DNA from: a bacterium
GTDB lineage: Bacteria; Hydrothermota; Tepidihabitantia; Tepidihabitantales; Tepidihabitantaceae
DNA length: 64,000 nucleotides
NCBI GenBank assembly: GCA_039793395.1
Contig: JBAMLV010000018.1
Location: 9,993 to 73,992, forward strand
Direction: 5' to 3'
The notes under the pieces were generated by a model. That model was not told where the DNA came from and ran no database searches. It worked only from the letters and a program-made list of their open reading frames with translations. Shown here piece by piece: positions 29,973-39,549 of the stretch (position 1 is the first letter of the stretch; every line of letters begins with the position of its first letter). The position numbers were made by a program, and so were the translations under genes.

Positions 29973-30028
29973 TGTATCAAACCTTATACCAAAATATCTG
30001 CCGGTTGTCAATTTCTGCCGAACCGAGG

Positions 30029-30523
30029 TTAAAAAGGTATGTCATCAAGCTGGTCCTTGGGAATATCCGGTTCTTCGTCCGGGGGCAGTTCGGATTCAGC
30101 CGGTTCGGTGTCCACGGGTGCAAGGCGGTCAAGGAGTTGGATGCTGCGACCGTGAATTTCTACGACGCTTCTTTTTTCACCAGTTGCTGTGTTCCAGGAA
30201 CGAGAGCGAAGTTCGCCCTGAATTACCACTGCCGAACCCTTTTTTAGCCTGTCCGAAAGCCGGTCAGCCATCGGGCCCCAGGTGCTAACGGTGAAAAAGT
30301 AAGTTTCTTCCCGCCAATCGCTGCTATTCTGGTCTTTGAAGCGCCGGTTTACTGCGATCCGGAAGGTGCAGTGGGGAGTTCCTTTCGGAGTGTAGCGGAT
30401 ATCCGGGTCAGCAACCAGCCGGCCCATTACGATGACACTGTTGAGATAGACAAGTCGCAGTCCTGTGCCAGAACTACCTTCCTCGCGGAAAGAGTTTGAC
30501 GCATTTGATTTCTGCTCATTCAT
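30029..30523 (-). CDS. ssb: Single-stranded DNA-binding protein
   Basis: OB-fold core NSVIVMGRLVADPDIRYTPKG and an acidic tail ending DDIPF. It carries an N-terminal extension of about 25 aa if the ATG at 30523 is used. Confidence 0.88.
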   Translation of the reverse strand: MNEQKSNASNSFREEGSSGTGLRLVYLNSVIVMGRLVADPDIRYTPKGTPHCTFRIAVNRRFKDQNSSDWREETYFFTVSTWGPMADRLSDRLKKGSAVVIQGELRSRSWNTATGEKRSVVEIHGRSIQLLDRLAPVDTEPAESELPPDEEPDIPKDQLDDIPF

Positions 30524-30544
30524 CTTTCACCCCGGTTAAATTAG

Positions 30545-30886
30545 TCATTGTGCCGACGGAACCGGTGCGGCGGATTCATTTCCGGCCGTGGAGGTGGTTT
30601 TTCGTTCCGGCAGCCGGAAAATGGCGATGCGCAGCATCTCCTCGCGATGGAGCAGGTCGCGGCGGATGCGCTCCGGTGTTGTCGGCGGTGCCTGGAAATT
30701 GATGAACAGATAAGTTCCTTCTCGTTGTTTGCGAATCGGATAGGCGAAGGCACGGCGTTCAATTTTTGTTTCGGTCACCGCCGCACCATAACCAGTCAGC
30801 ATTTCCACCAACTCCTGGCGAATTTTGGTTACTCCTTCCTCATTTAAATTGCCGTCAATAATCACGGCTAATTCATAGTTATTCAT
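30545..30886 (-). CDS. rpsF: 30S ribosomal protein S6
   Basis: N-terminus is MNNYELAVIIDGNL...AFAYPIRKQREGTYLFINF. Confidence 0.9.
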   Translation of the reverse strand: MNNYELAVIIDGNLNEEGVTKIRQELVEMLTGYGAAVTETKIERRAFAYPIRKQREGTYLFINFQAPPTTPERIRRDLLHREEMLRIAIFRLPERKTTSTAGNESAAPVPSAQ

Positions 30887-30907
30887 TTTTACTCCTTTCG
30901 GATTGAG

Positions 30908-31960
30908 TCATTTGAACCTGATAAGCAGGACATCTCCGTCCTGAACACGATAACCTTTACCTTCAATTTTGACTTTGCCGGCGCTGTGAGCCGACTGAAA
31001 CCCGCCGGCAGCAATCAAATCCTGCCAACTGACAACTTCAGCTTTGATAAAGCCTTTGCCGATGTCGGTGTGAATCATATAGGCGGCATCCAGGGCGGTG
31101 ATACCGGCAGGTGCAGACCAGGCGCGGGTCTCTTCGCCTTTTACAGTGTAAAATCTGATCAGATTGAGCGCATTAAAGCAGGCGGTAATAATCGCCGCCG
31201 GACCCTCGGGGTGGAGTTTCAGGCTGGTGCGCATTTCAATTTTGTCAGGTTCGGGAAGGTCGGTCAGCACCTGTTCCAGTTCGGCTGAGAAAAAAATCGG
31301 TTTCCTTGCTGCCAGTAGCGGAAACTCGGCAGGGTTCGGAGGTTCGGTGTCGGAACAGTTCAGGGCGTAAATCACCGGTTTGAGCACGAAAAGTGCCAGT
31401 TCGCCGACCGCACGCTGTTCTTCGGGAGTAAGGGGCGGGGGAATAAAAGTCTGCTGGAGGGAGTTTGCCAGTTTTTCAAGTGCGGAAATCAGATGAATCT
31501 TATCCGGGGTTGCCGGTTCTTTGCGCGCTGAGTTGAGTCGTTTCTCAACGACGGTGAGGTCGGCAATTGCCAGTTCGGTTTCCACAATTTCCGCGTCCCG
31601 GTCCGGGTCGATCGATTCAAGAATATGGGGAATGTCAGGTGAAGTGAAGTTGCGAATCAGGTGCAGGATGAGGTTGGTTTCACGAATATGAGCAAGAAAC
31701 TTGTTTCCAAGACCCGCCCCGGAACTCGCGCCCTTTACCAGTCCGGCAATGTCCACAAAGTCAATGTGTGCGGGGGTTACCTTTTTAGGGTTGATGACCG
31801 CAGCAATCCGGAATAGTCGTTCATCAGGGACAGTTACGACGCCGACATTTTTTTCAATTGTGGTAAAGGGATACAGGTCTACCCGGGCACCGGCACCGGT
31901 GAGCAGGTTGAAGAGGGAAGTCTTGCCGACATTCGGCAGTCCGACGATGCCGATTTTCAT
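30908..31960 (-). CDS. ychF: Ribosome-binding ATPase YchF
   Basis: Has MKIGIVGLPNVGKTSLFNLLT, YPFTTIEKNVG and a C-terminal TGS-like end YRVQDGDVLLIRF. Confidence 0.93.
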   Translation of the reverse strand: MKIGIVGLPNVGKTSLFNLLTGAGARVDLYPFTTIEKNVGVVTVPDERLFRIAAVINPKKVTPAHIDFVDIAGLVKGASSGAGLGNKFLAHIRETNLILHLIRNFTSPDIPHILESIDPDRDAEIVETELAIADLTVVEKRLNSARKEPATPDKIHLISALEKLANSLQQTFIPPPLTPEEQRAVGELALFVLKPVIYALNCSDTEPPNPAEFPLLAARKPIFFSAELEQVLTDLPEPDKIEMRTSLKLHPEGPAAIITACFNALNLIRFYTVKGEETRAWSAPAGITALDAAYMIHTDIGKGFIKAEVVSWQDLIAAGGFQSAHSAGKVKIEGKGYRVQDGDVLLIRFK

Positions 31961-32592
31961 CAGCAGGTCCTCGGCAGTTTATCCGGCTTTATATTTGAGG
32001 CGGCCGGGTCAACTTTTTCCCCATCAACCTGATGGTTATTGGGCGCCCGTGCTGAGTTAAACCGGTTCATTGCCTTTTCAATTCCTTCGTTGAACACGCA
32101 CAGACAGGTATCAGCCGCCAGCGTGAGGATTTGAGGTAACCGGGTAAGTTCAGCCGGGGTCCAGGGAGAAAGCACATACTCGGATGCAGTTGCTGTTCCA
32201 GGAGAACCGATGCCGATCCGCAACCTGGGGAAGTTGTCATCTCCGAGCTGATAAATAATGGATGCCAGACCTTTGTGGCCGCCGTCTGAACCCCGGGGGC
32301 GCAGCCGTAGAGTCCCAAACGGTAGATTCAGGTCATCAATCACCACGAGAAATTTATCTGGATAGTGGGTGAGTTGCTCTTTGACCACAATGCCGGAGTT
32401 GTTCATATAGAGCAACGGTTTAACCAGTGTCAGCGGTCGAGAAGCAATCACCGTGCGGGCGAGAAGCATTCCGGAGAGATGGTGGAAGCGCATTCCTGTG
32501 CGCTGGGCGATGGTATCCACTACCAGGAAGCCGATGTTATGGCGGGTATTAGAGTAGCGGTTTCCCGGATTACCCAGTCCGAAGATGGTCAT
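31960..32592 (-). CDS. pth: Peptidyl-tRNA hydrolase
   Basis: Has GLGNPGNRYSNTRHNIGF and GGHKGLASII. Confidence 0.92.
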   Translation of the reverse strand: MTIFGLGNPGNRYSNTRHNIGFLVVDTIAQRTGMRFHHLSGMLLARTVIASRPLTLVKPLLYMNNSGIVVKEQLTHYPDKFLVVIDDLNLPFGTLRLRPRGSDGGHKGLASIIYQLGDDNFPRLRIGIGSPGTATASEYVLSPWTPAELTRLPQILTLAADTCLCVFNEGIEKAMNRFNSARAPNNHQVDGEKVDPAASNIKPDKLPRTC

Positions 32593-32593
32593 G

Positions 32594-33289
32594 TTATTTC
32601 TTCTTTGTTTCCTTCTCTACTTTCTTGCCAGCTTCGGCTTTTTCCGCTTCAGTACCGACCTCTTCTTTCTTCTTTTCCTTTATTACTTCCGGTTCGGCTA
32701 CAGCTTCAGGTTGCGGGGCGGTTACTTCAGCGGCGGCAAGCTTGCGCGGGGTTAAAATGGTCACAATGGCTGATTCTGGTGGCAGCACAAATTCAATCTC
32801 GGGATAGTTCAGTTCCGAGATGTGGATGCTATGGCCCATTTTCAGATGCGTGATGTCAATGTCAATGTGCTCCGGGATTTTGTCAATTGTTCCCCGAACC
32901 GGAATTTCTCGCAGGAGCACTTCCAGCATCCCGCCCTGCTTCACCCCTTCAGCCGTGCCGTGGATAATAACCGGCACCGAAAGGGTTATTTTCTCGCGGG
33001 GGTGAACCTTCTGGAAGTCCACATGCAGAAATGTGCCATCAATCGGGTTGCGCTGAATGGTCTTGATCACGCAGCGGGTGGTTCCGGCGCCATCAATGAC
33101 CACATCAACAATTGGTGCATGCCCGCTGAGTTCCCGCAGGAGCATCATAAACTCATGCGCCGAAATTGAAAGCATAACTGACGGGTCACCGTGGCCATAC
33201 ATTACCGCCGGTAATAAACCGGCACGACGTAGTTTTCTGATTTTTGATTTACCGGTTTCGGTTCTGATGTTTGCTTTAATCTGTGCCAT
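32594..33289 (-). CDS. rplY: 50S ribosomal protein L25/general stress protein Ctc
   Basis: Has RKLRRAGLLPAVMYGHG and HVDFQKV, plus a K/E-rich tail. Confidence 0.88.
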   Translation of the reverse strand: MAQIKANIRTETGKSKIRKLRRAGLLPAVMYGHGDPSVMLSISAHEFMMLLRELSGHAPIVDVVIDGAGTTRCVIKTIQRNPIDGTFLHVDFQKVHPREKITLSVPVIIHGTAEGVKQGGMLEVLLREIPVRGTIDKIPEHIDIDITHLKMGHSIHISELNYPEIEFVLPPESAIVTILTPRKLAAAEVTAPQPEAVAEPEVIKEKKKEEVGTEAEKAEAGKKVEKETKKK

Positions 33290-33300
33290 AACGCTCCTTT

Positions 33301-34242
33301 TTATTCAATAAATAGCGAGCTGACCGATTCTTCGCGATGGATGCGGAAAATGGCTTCCGCCAGCAGCGCGGCGACGGTCAGCACTTTAATCTTCGGGTGG
33401 GATTTTGCCGGGGGCTGGGAAATAGTATCAGTGATGACTATTTCGGAGAGCGGTGATGCCGCAAGATTGCTGACCGCATTGCCGGAGAGGATGCCGTGAG
33501 TGGCAGTTGCCCGTACGGACCGGGCACCGGCTTTAATCAGCGCCTCGGCAGCTTTAACGAGTGTGCCGCCGGTGTCAATCATATCGTCGAATATCAAGGT
33601 ATCCATTCCCGAGACTTCGCCTACCACTCTTAGTGCTTCAACTTGATTTACTGCCGGACGGCGCTTATCAATAATGGCAATTGGTATGTCCTTACCTAAA
33701 CGCTGGGCAAATCCGCGTGCCCGGTTTGCCCGGCCGGTGTCCGGCGCCACGACTACCAGGTTTTCAGTCTGATGGCGGTGATATTCCACCAGCACCGGTG
33801 TTGCGTAAAGATGGTCAACCGGGATATCAAAAAATGCTTGAATCTGTTCGGCGTGCAGGTCGATGGTTAAAATTCGGTCGACACCGGCACGGGTCAGCAG
33901 ATTGGCAATAAGTTTTGCCGAGAGCGGGACCCGGGGGCGGTCCTTGCGGTCCTGCCGGGCGTAGCCGTAATAGGGGATGACCGCGGTTATCCGCCGGGCT
34001 GATGCCCTTTTTAACGCGTCAATCATCAAGAGCAGTTCAAGTATGTTTTCAGCCGGTGGCGGAGTTGATTGGACAATAAACACATCCTCGCCCCGCACAT
34101 TTTCGTTGATACTGATATGAATTTCACCATCGGCAAAGTTGGAAATTTCCGCGTCGCCCAGCGGCACTTCCAGCCGGGCAGAAATTTTCTCTGCCAGGGG
34201 ACGGTTTGACCGCCCGGAAAAGATTTTCAGCTCCTTATCCAT
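33301..34242 (-). CDS. prs: Ribose-phosphate pyrophosphokinase
   Basis: Has YYGYARQDRK, VVAPDTGRANRAR and DDMIDTGGT. Confidence 0.95.
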   Translation of the reverse strand: MDKELKIFSGRSNRPLAEKISARLEVPLGDAEISNFADGEIHISINENVRGEDVFIVQSTPPPAENILELLLMIDALKRASARRITAVIPYYGYARQDRKDRPRVPLSAKLIANLLTRAGVDRILTIDLHAEQIQAFFDIPVDHLYATPVLVEYHRHQTENLVVVAPDTGRANRARGFAQRLGKDIPIAIIDKRRPAVNQVEALRVVGEVSGMDTLIFDDMIDTGGTLVKAAEALIKAGARSVRATATHGILSGNAVSNLAASPLSEIVITDTISQPPAKSHPKIKVLTVAALLAEAIFRIHREESVSSLFIE

Positions 34243-34280
34243 ATCTTTCGCTCCGTAATTACCATACGAACGATCCTGAA

Positions 34281-34353
34281 CTGGGGCGGAAGGATTCGAA
34301 CCTTCACAACAGGATCCAAAGTCCTGTGTCCTGCCAGGTTAGACAACGCCCCA
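34281..34353 (-). tRNA. tRNA-Gln (anticodon UUG)
   Basis: The reverse complement TGGGGCG..CAGGA-CTTTGGA-TCCTG..GAAGGTTCGAATCCTTC-CGCCCCA-G folds as a cloverleaf. Confidence 0.9.
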
Positions 34354-34354
34354 A

Positions 34355-35224
34355 TTAGCTTCCGACGACAGACGGTCTTGAGTGGGTTATAATCCAGAGA
34401 TGCCCGGTATGAAACCCTGCGGCCATCGGGTCAGTTGGATATTGCAACCCATAGACCGTACTGCCGGAACCGGAGAGACCGGCAACAAATGCGCCCTTTT
34501 GTAAAAGCAGGTGTTTAACCTTTGCCAGCTGTGGATAACGGGCAAAAACCACCGTTTCAAAACTGTTTTTAACCTGCTCCGCCAGTCCCGCCAGTTCTTT
34601 CCGCCTTATTTTTAAGGCAATAATTTTAGGCGAAATACAGGGCAATGTCAATTTCCGCCGACTCTGATCCAGTTCCTGATAAGCCCAAGCAGTTGAAATA
34701 CCGAATCCAGGATAATGGATAATTACCCGCAGTTTCGGTAGTGCCAGGGGGCGCAGTTTTTCCCCCCGCCCCCGGGCAACACAGGGAACACCTTTAAGAA
34801 AAAACGGAATATCGCTGCCGATTTTGCGCGCAATGGTAGAAAGTTGCTGTGGTTTCAAAGGATGGCTAAACAACCGGTTTAGTCCGGCAAGGACGGTTGC
34901 GGCATTAGAAGAACCACCCCCCAGACCGGCGCCGATTGGGATCTTTTTGTGAATTAGAATTTCAATTCCGGTCTGAATACCACTCACGGCAAAGAAAAGT
35001 TCAGCCGCACGATAGGCAAGATTTTCCTTTTCCGGGATATTCGCTCGGGCACCGGTAGTTTTTACCCGGATTCCCCTCCGTGTTTTCTCCAGTACAATCC
35101 GGTCACCAAATTCCAGCGGCACCATTATCGTTACGATTTCGTGATAACCGTCGGGTCTTTTCCTGCCGACCCAAAGCCCGAGATTAATTTTTGCCGGTGA
35201 GACCAGCGTGATTGAATTCATCAC
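34355..35224 (-). CDS. ispE: 4-diphosphocytidyl-2-C-methyl-D-erythritol kinase
   Basis: Has SPAKINLGLWV..RPDGYHEI and the GHMP motif KKIPIGAGLGGGSSNAA. Confidence 0.9.
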   Translation of the reverse strand: MMNSITLVSPAKINLGLWVGRKRPDGYHEIVTIMVPLEFGDRIVLEKTRRGIRVKTTGARANIPEKENLAYRAAELFFAVSGIQTGIEILIHKKIPIGAGLGGGSSNAATVLAGLNRLFSHPLKPQQLSTIARKIGSDIPFFLKGVPCVARGRGEKLRPLALPKLRVIIHYPGFGISTAWAYQELDQSRRKLTLPCISPKIIALKIRRKELAGLAEQVKNSFETVVFARYPQLAKVKHLLLQKGAFVAGLSGSGSTVYGLQYPTDPMAAGFHTGHLWIITHSRPSVVGS

Positions 35225-37800
35225 CTTTCAATAAAGCAGGATGCCGGGTCAATCTGCCATTCCGGAGAGAAAAAACCGGCCGCCCGGATTCCGTGCCAGC
35301 CGAATTTCCTGACCGAGCGGTCAAAAACCATAAAGTCCGGGACTGAAGTCCCGGAACCAATGATTCCCCAGAAAAGCGACAGTCGGGTGGCGGCGGGGTC
35401 GGTGCCGAACCGGCAGAGCACCAGCCGTTGGGGATTCAAGGGGTTGGGATAAGTGACAATTGCTGCCAGGTGTTCACCGAGGTCTGTTTCATTGACAAAA
35501 ATCCTGCCCTGCCGGGTCCGCACCGGCAGGCGATTTATAATCCGTTCCGCAACTGCGTTCTGATCCGGACTGCCGAGCACAATCAGGTTACGCTCCATTG
35601 GCACCCCCCCGGTGTCCGGATAAACTTCAGCCGTGCCATTGCCAATAAGCCACCAGCGCAGACACTCCTGAGTTGCACTGTGACGCAGAAAGCCGGTCAG
35701 TTCCGGATCTTTTGTTCCGTAAACGACGGCAAAAGGAGAAAACATCACCTGCTTTGCCGGTCCGTAAGTTTCCGGTTTTTTACCAGGTTGGTTGTTTTTT
35801 CCCCGGGTGCCAGCATTCCAGCCGGTTCTATCCAGCTGGACGGTTACCGGTCTGGAGGTCTTAAACTTTCCCCTGATAACCCGGCCATCAATTTTCAGCT
35901 TCACCGTGGGGCTGTGAAGGTTCAGCCGGTCAAGGTTCAGGGTAAGCCGGGTGATATTGCTCGTATGGATGTCTATCAAAGAATCGGTAGCAAATGCTTC
36001 AATGGTGGCATCCCTGCCAACCGTTCGCACCCGGTTGATCGTCAGCCAGTAAGCACGGTTGGACTGGGCAAGGTCAGCGGTCCGGAACCTGATATGCATT
36101 GGGGCGTTTATTCGCCTTTTTTCTTTGAGAAATGATATTAACTCCTGGTCATCCACACACACCGTGCCATCAGGGTAATTCCACCAGTGCTTTACCTCTG
36201 GCACCTCCTTATAACGGTATTGATAGCCAAGCGCATTCAGCCACAGGGCAAAGGTTCGGCTGTGAATTGGCGGGACATTATCATCGTCTCCACCGTGCAG
36301 GATGAAGACCGGCAGATTGAGCGCATTATCAACCAGTGCGGGTACATTATCGGGCCGGGCTGCCATATCCCTGATGGCGAGTTTTGAGGGTTCACTGAAG
36401 ATGATAGTTCGCTGCAGGAAATTGGGAACATAAAGTGGAAATGAGGGCCAAGCGGCTGCGGGTGCGATTGCGGCAAAGCGATCGGGAGAGGTAAGACCGA
36501 TATACCAGGTGCCGTGTCCACCCATTGAATGGCCGGTGAGGTAAATTCGGTCGGTGTCAATCGGGAATGCAGCACACACTTGCTGGAGGACTTCAAAGGC
36601 ATCCAGTCTGCCCCAGTCCTGCCAGTCAAATCCGTAAGGTCGGCGATTGGTCGGACAGACGATGAATGCCCAGTCTTTTGGCTTGTAACATCCGGCTAAA
36701 TCACTCGCTTCCACGCCGGCGCCGTGTAGTGATAAAATCAGGGCGTAGGTGCGGTCTGGCTGGTAGTCCGCAGGATAGGTAATTGCGTAATACTGGGCGG
36801 AGGAGTCAATCGCGGATAGGAAGGTCCTTTTATGTGGCTGAGTTATCAGGCGGGAGCGCAATTCAATTGTGTCCGAATGTTGAAAATCACCGGTTCGGGC
36901 AGTAATTATCAGGTAATAACCAGCGGTGTCATAAGGAAGTGCCGGGAACTGGACCGGAATTGCGGGTTTTTTTACCCCGAGCGCGGGGATATTACTGATA
37001 GTGGTATCGGCAATTGGGATTGCTTCGTCGCTATCGCTCCTCGCAATGACAGAGAAAGAAGACTTGGTTTCGCTGCGCTCGTAATGACGGGGAAGGAGTG
37101 TCAGGTGGAGATGGACGTTGTTCAGGAGATTTTCCGTAGTATTTAATAGTGGAATTCCGAGCCAGCCGCGGGTTTCGGTTTCGGCGATGATGTCCGGAGC
37201 GGTAATATCACTGGTTACGCTGATGAGCGGAGCCGAAACCGGAATCAGTAAAAACCGTACCCGCTGGTCGGCATAACCGGATAGGCGGAGTATCACCCGG
37301 TTGATGCCAGAATCAATGAGCACCGGGGTCTGAAACCAGTTGTTGCCGTAGACATCACCGAGATAACTCAGGCCGTTGATGATAAAACTGCCAATTCGGG
37401 TAGCAATTGCGAGCGCCCGCGATTTTTTTGGGGAGTAAAATTCGGCACAGGCATAACCGACCGCTGCCAGTCCACTTATTCCGTAATATTTCTGAATTGT
37501 ATCCCAGCGGACATCAGGGTATTCGGCATTCAACCAGCCGGCAGAATCTATGCTGACCTGCCGCCAGCGGGCAAATCCGCCCTGAACTAATCCGGAGTTA
37601 AGAGAATCATCAGGTTTAGGTTTAAGTGTTGCCGGGTCTTCAACCGCTTCGGTAATTCCTTCCCGGGTTCCGACTGAAAATGGTCCGCAGACGAGCCACT
37701 GGCGGATGATAATTGTATCCGGAATTGAAGGCAGATTAGCGGCAAAGGTGATGACATAAGTGAATGGCAGGATTAAAAACAGCGGGATTTTTTTTGACAT
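35221..37800 (-). CDS. Large secreted alpha/beta-hydrolase (esterase/peptidase S9-like) protein
   Basis: Start moved to MSKKIPLFLILPFTYVITFAA (signal peptide). Catalytic region is LSLHGAGVEAS...IYLTGHSMGGHGTW (GxSxG)...ILHGGDDDNVP. It carries an in-frame repeat-derived segment; see the repeat feature at 37018-37088. Confidence 0.75.
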   Translation of the reverse strand: MSKKIPLFLILPFTYVITFAANLPSIPDTIIIRQWLVCGPFSVGTREGITEAVEDPATLKPKPDDSLNSGLVQGGFARWRQVSIDSAGWLNAEYPDVRWDTIQKYYGISGLAAVGYACAEFYSPKKSRALAIATRIGSFIINGLSYLGDVYGNNWFQTPVLIDSGINRVILRLSGYADQRVRFLLIPVSAPLISVTSDITAPDIIAETETRGWLGIPLLNTTENLLNNVHLHLTLLPRHYERSETKSSFSVIARSDSDEAIPIADTTISNIPALGVKKPAIPVQFPALPYDTAGYYLIITARTGDFQHSDTIELRSRLITQPHKRTFLSAIDSSAQYYAITYPADYQPDRTYALILSLHGAGVEASDLAGCYKPKDWAFIVCPTNRRPYGFDWQDWGRLDAFEVLQQVCAAFPIDTDRIYLTGHSMGGHGTWYIGLTSPDRFAAIAPAAAWPSFPLYVPNFLQRTIIFSEPSKLAIRDMAARPDNVPALVDNALNLPVFILHGGDDDNVPPIHSRTFALWLNALGYQYRYKEVPEVKHWWNYPDGTVCVDDQELISFLKEKRRINAPMHIRFRTADLAQSNRAYWLTINRVRTVGRDATIEAFATDSLIDIHTSNITRLTLNLDRLNLHSPTVKLKIDGRVIRGKFKTSRPVTVQLDRTGWNAGTRGKNNQPGKKPETYGPAKQVMFSPFAVVYGTKDPELTGFLRHSATQECLRWWLIGNGTAEVYPDTGGVPMERNLIVLGSPDQNAVAERIINRLPVRTRQGRIFVNETDLGEHLAAIVTYPNPLNPQRLVLCRFGTDPAATRLSLFWGIIGSGTSVPDFMVFDRSVRKFGWHGIRAAGFFSPEWQIDPASCFIER
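37018..37088 (-). repeat. Two tandem units of the GTCATT[G/C]CGAG repeat family embedded in frame in the hydrolase CDS
   Basis: The minus strand reads CGTCATTACGAGCGCAGCGAAACCAAG TCTTCTTTCTCTGTCATTGCGAGGAGCGATAGCGACGAAGCAATCCC. It translates in frame as RHYERSETKSSFSVIARSDSDEAIP and shares TTTCT(CT)GTCATTGCGAG with the units at 14527 and 14611. Confidence 0.65.
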
Positions 37801-37875
37801 CGGAAAGATGTTAGTTAGCACCGGTGTCCAGTCAATGATGGACCGCGAGTAATTGACCTGGGTTGCTGACGGTTT

Positions 37876-39129
37876 ATGATAATTTCTATGTGGGAAAAAG
37901 CAATCTTTGAAAAAATTACTCAGGAGATTGAACAACTGGAACCGGAAATGATTGAGATGCAGTCCCGGCTTTGTGCGCTGCCGGCAATCAGCCCGAAATC
38001 CGGAGGGGAGGGGGAAAAGGCGCGTGCCGATTATCTCCGGGGAGTACTACAATCCTGGGGATTATCTGTTGAGGAGCTGCGCGCTCCGGACCGGCTTGCA
38101 CCCTGCGGTTACCGCCCAAATCTGATTGTCCGGTTAAGCGGTAAAAGGTCTGGTCCGACAATCTGGATTATGACCCATCTGGATGTTGTGCCGCCGGGAC
38201 CACGCGCCTTGTGGCATTCAGACCCGTTTACCGCCCGGGTTGAGAACGGGAAAATCTATGGTCGCGGGGTTGAGGATAACCAGCAGGAGATGGTAGCCAG
38301 TATTTTTGCGGTTCGGGCACTGCTGAATCTTGGACTTCAACCTGAACTGCCGGTCGGACTGATGCTGGTTGCTGATGAAGAGACCGGTTCCGAATTCGGT
38401 GTTGACTACCTGCTGAAAAATCACCAGTTGTGCCGGGCTGACGACCTGGTGGTTGTTCCTGATGCCGGCAATGAGGAGGGAACTCTGCTGGAAATTGCTG
38501 AAAAATCGATCCTCTGGCTGAAGTTTACCACTTATGGACAGCAAGCCCACGGTTCTACCCCCCATCACGGGAATAATGCCCATCGTGCGGGCGCTCAAAT
38601 GCTCGTGCGGCTGGACACGGTGCTCCACGAGCATTTTAGTGCCCGGGATGAGCTGTTTACGCCTCCTGTTTCCACAATTGAGCCGACCAAAAAGGAGGCA
38701 AATGTTCCCAACATCAACACCATTCCCGGGGAAGATGTTTTTTACTTTGATATGCGGTTACTGCCCTGCTATCAGCTGGAGGAGGTGCTGAACCTGGTGA
38801 AACGGGTGGCGGGTGAAATTGAAACCGAATTCCGGGTGAAGGTACGGATTGACATTGAACAGCAGGCACCGGCAGCACCGATAACGCCAGCGGATGCACC
38901 GGTGGTGCGGTTGCTTGCGGATGCGGTTCGGGCGGTTTATGGTCGGGAGCCGGTTCCCGGGGGTATCGGTGGCGGCACAGTAGCAGCATTTTTCCGGCGC
39001 CAGGGAATCCCGGCGGTGGTCTGGGGGAAAAATGCGGGACAGGCACACAAGCCGGATGAGTTCTGTCTGATTGCCAATATGGTGGGTAATGCCAAAGTGT
39101 ATGCCCATCTTTTTGGCCGGATGGTTTGA
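37876..39129 (+). CDS. M20 family metallopeptidase (ArgE/DapE-like)
   Basis: Has IWIMTHLDVVPPG, GRGVEDNQQ and LVADEETGSEFG, with a dimerisation-domain layout. Confidence 0.85.
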   Translation: MIISMWEKAIFEKITQEIEQLEPEMIEMQSRLCALPAISPKSGGEGEKARADYLRGVLQSWGLSVEELRAPDRLAPCGYRPNLIVRLSGKRSGPTIWIMTHLDVVPPGPRALWHSDPFTARVENGKIYGRGVEDNQQEMVASIFAVRALLNLGLQPELPVGLMLVADEETGSEFGVDYLLKNHQLCRADDLVVVPDAGNEEGTLLEIAEKSILWLKFTTYGQQAHGSTPHHGNNAHRAGAQMLVRLDTVLHEHFSARDELFTPPVSTIEPTKKEANVPNINTIPGEDVFYFDMRLLPCYQLEEVLNLVKRVAGEIETEFRVKVRIDIEQQAPAAPITPADAPVVRLLADAVRAVYGREPVPGGIGGGTVAAFFRRQGIPAVVWGKNAGQAHKPDEFCLIANMVGNAKVYAHLFGRMV

Positions 39130-39177
39130 GCTGGTGTCCGATTTGACTTTTATTATTATTAGCGTTAAGGTAAATCA

Positions 39178-39549
39178 ATGGAACTTCGTTCACCTGAAGA
39201 ACTGAGGCCGTTTGTAGAACTTGACCGGGCAGAGGTTGTTGATGAACGTTCAAAGGGCGGTGAGGTGATACTGATTCCGCTGCTCAACCCCTTTGCTCCC
39301 CGGCCGGCACTGAGCGCGGTGGCTGATAATCTCAGCTGGTTTATGGAGCGGGTGACGGGCAGAGGGTATCAGAAAGCCGAAGAGGTATACGATGTCGGGT
39401 TTATCGTCCGGGAGCCGGGCCATCAAGCATTCGGATTAAAGGTTAATGCCGAAAGCGGTATGGTGGTCATCTCCCGGATTTCAATTCTGGAAGACGAGAC
39501 GGTCTTTCGCCGGTATGTGAACTATTTACGCACGGGTATTTTTCTGTAA
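39178..39549 (+). CDS. Hypothetical protein
   Basis: 123-aa ORF with ordinary composition and no recognisable motif. Its 3' end overlaps the convergent gene by 28 nt. Confidence 0.4.
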   Translation: MELRSPEELRPFVELDRAEVVDERSKGGEVILIPLLNPFAPRPALSAVADNLSWFMERVTGRGYQKAEEVYDVGFIVREPGHQAFGLKVNAESGMVVISRISILEDETVFRRYVNYLRTGIFL

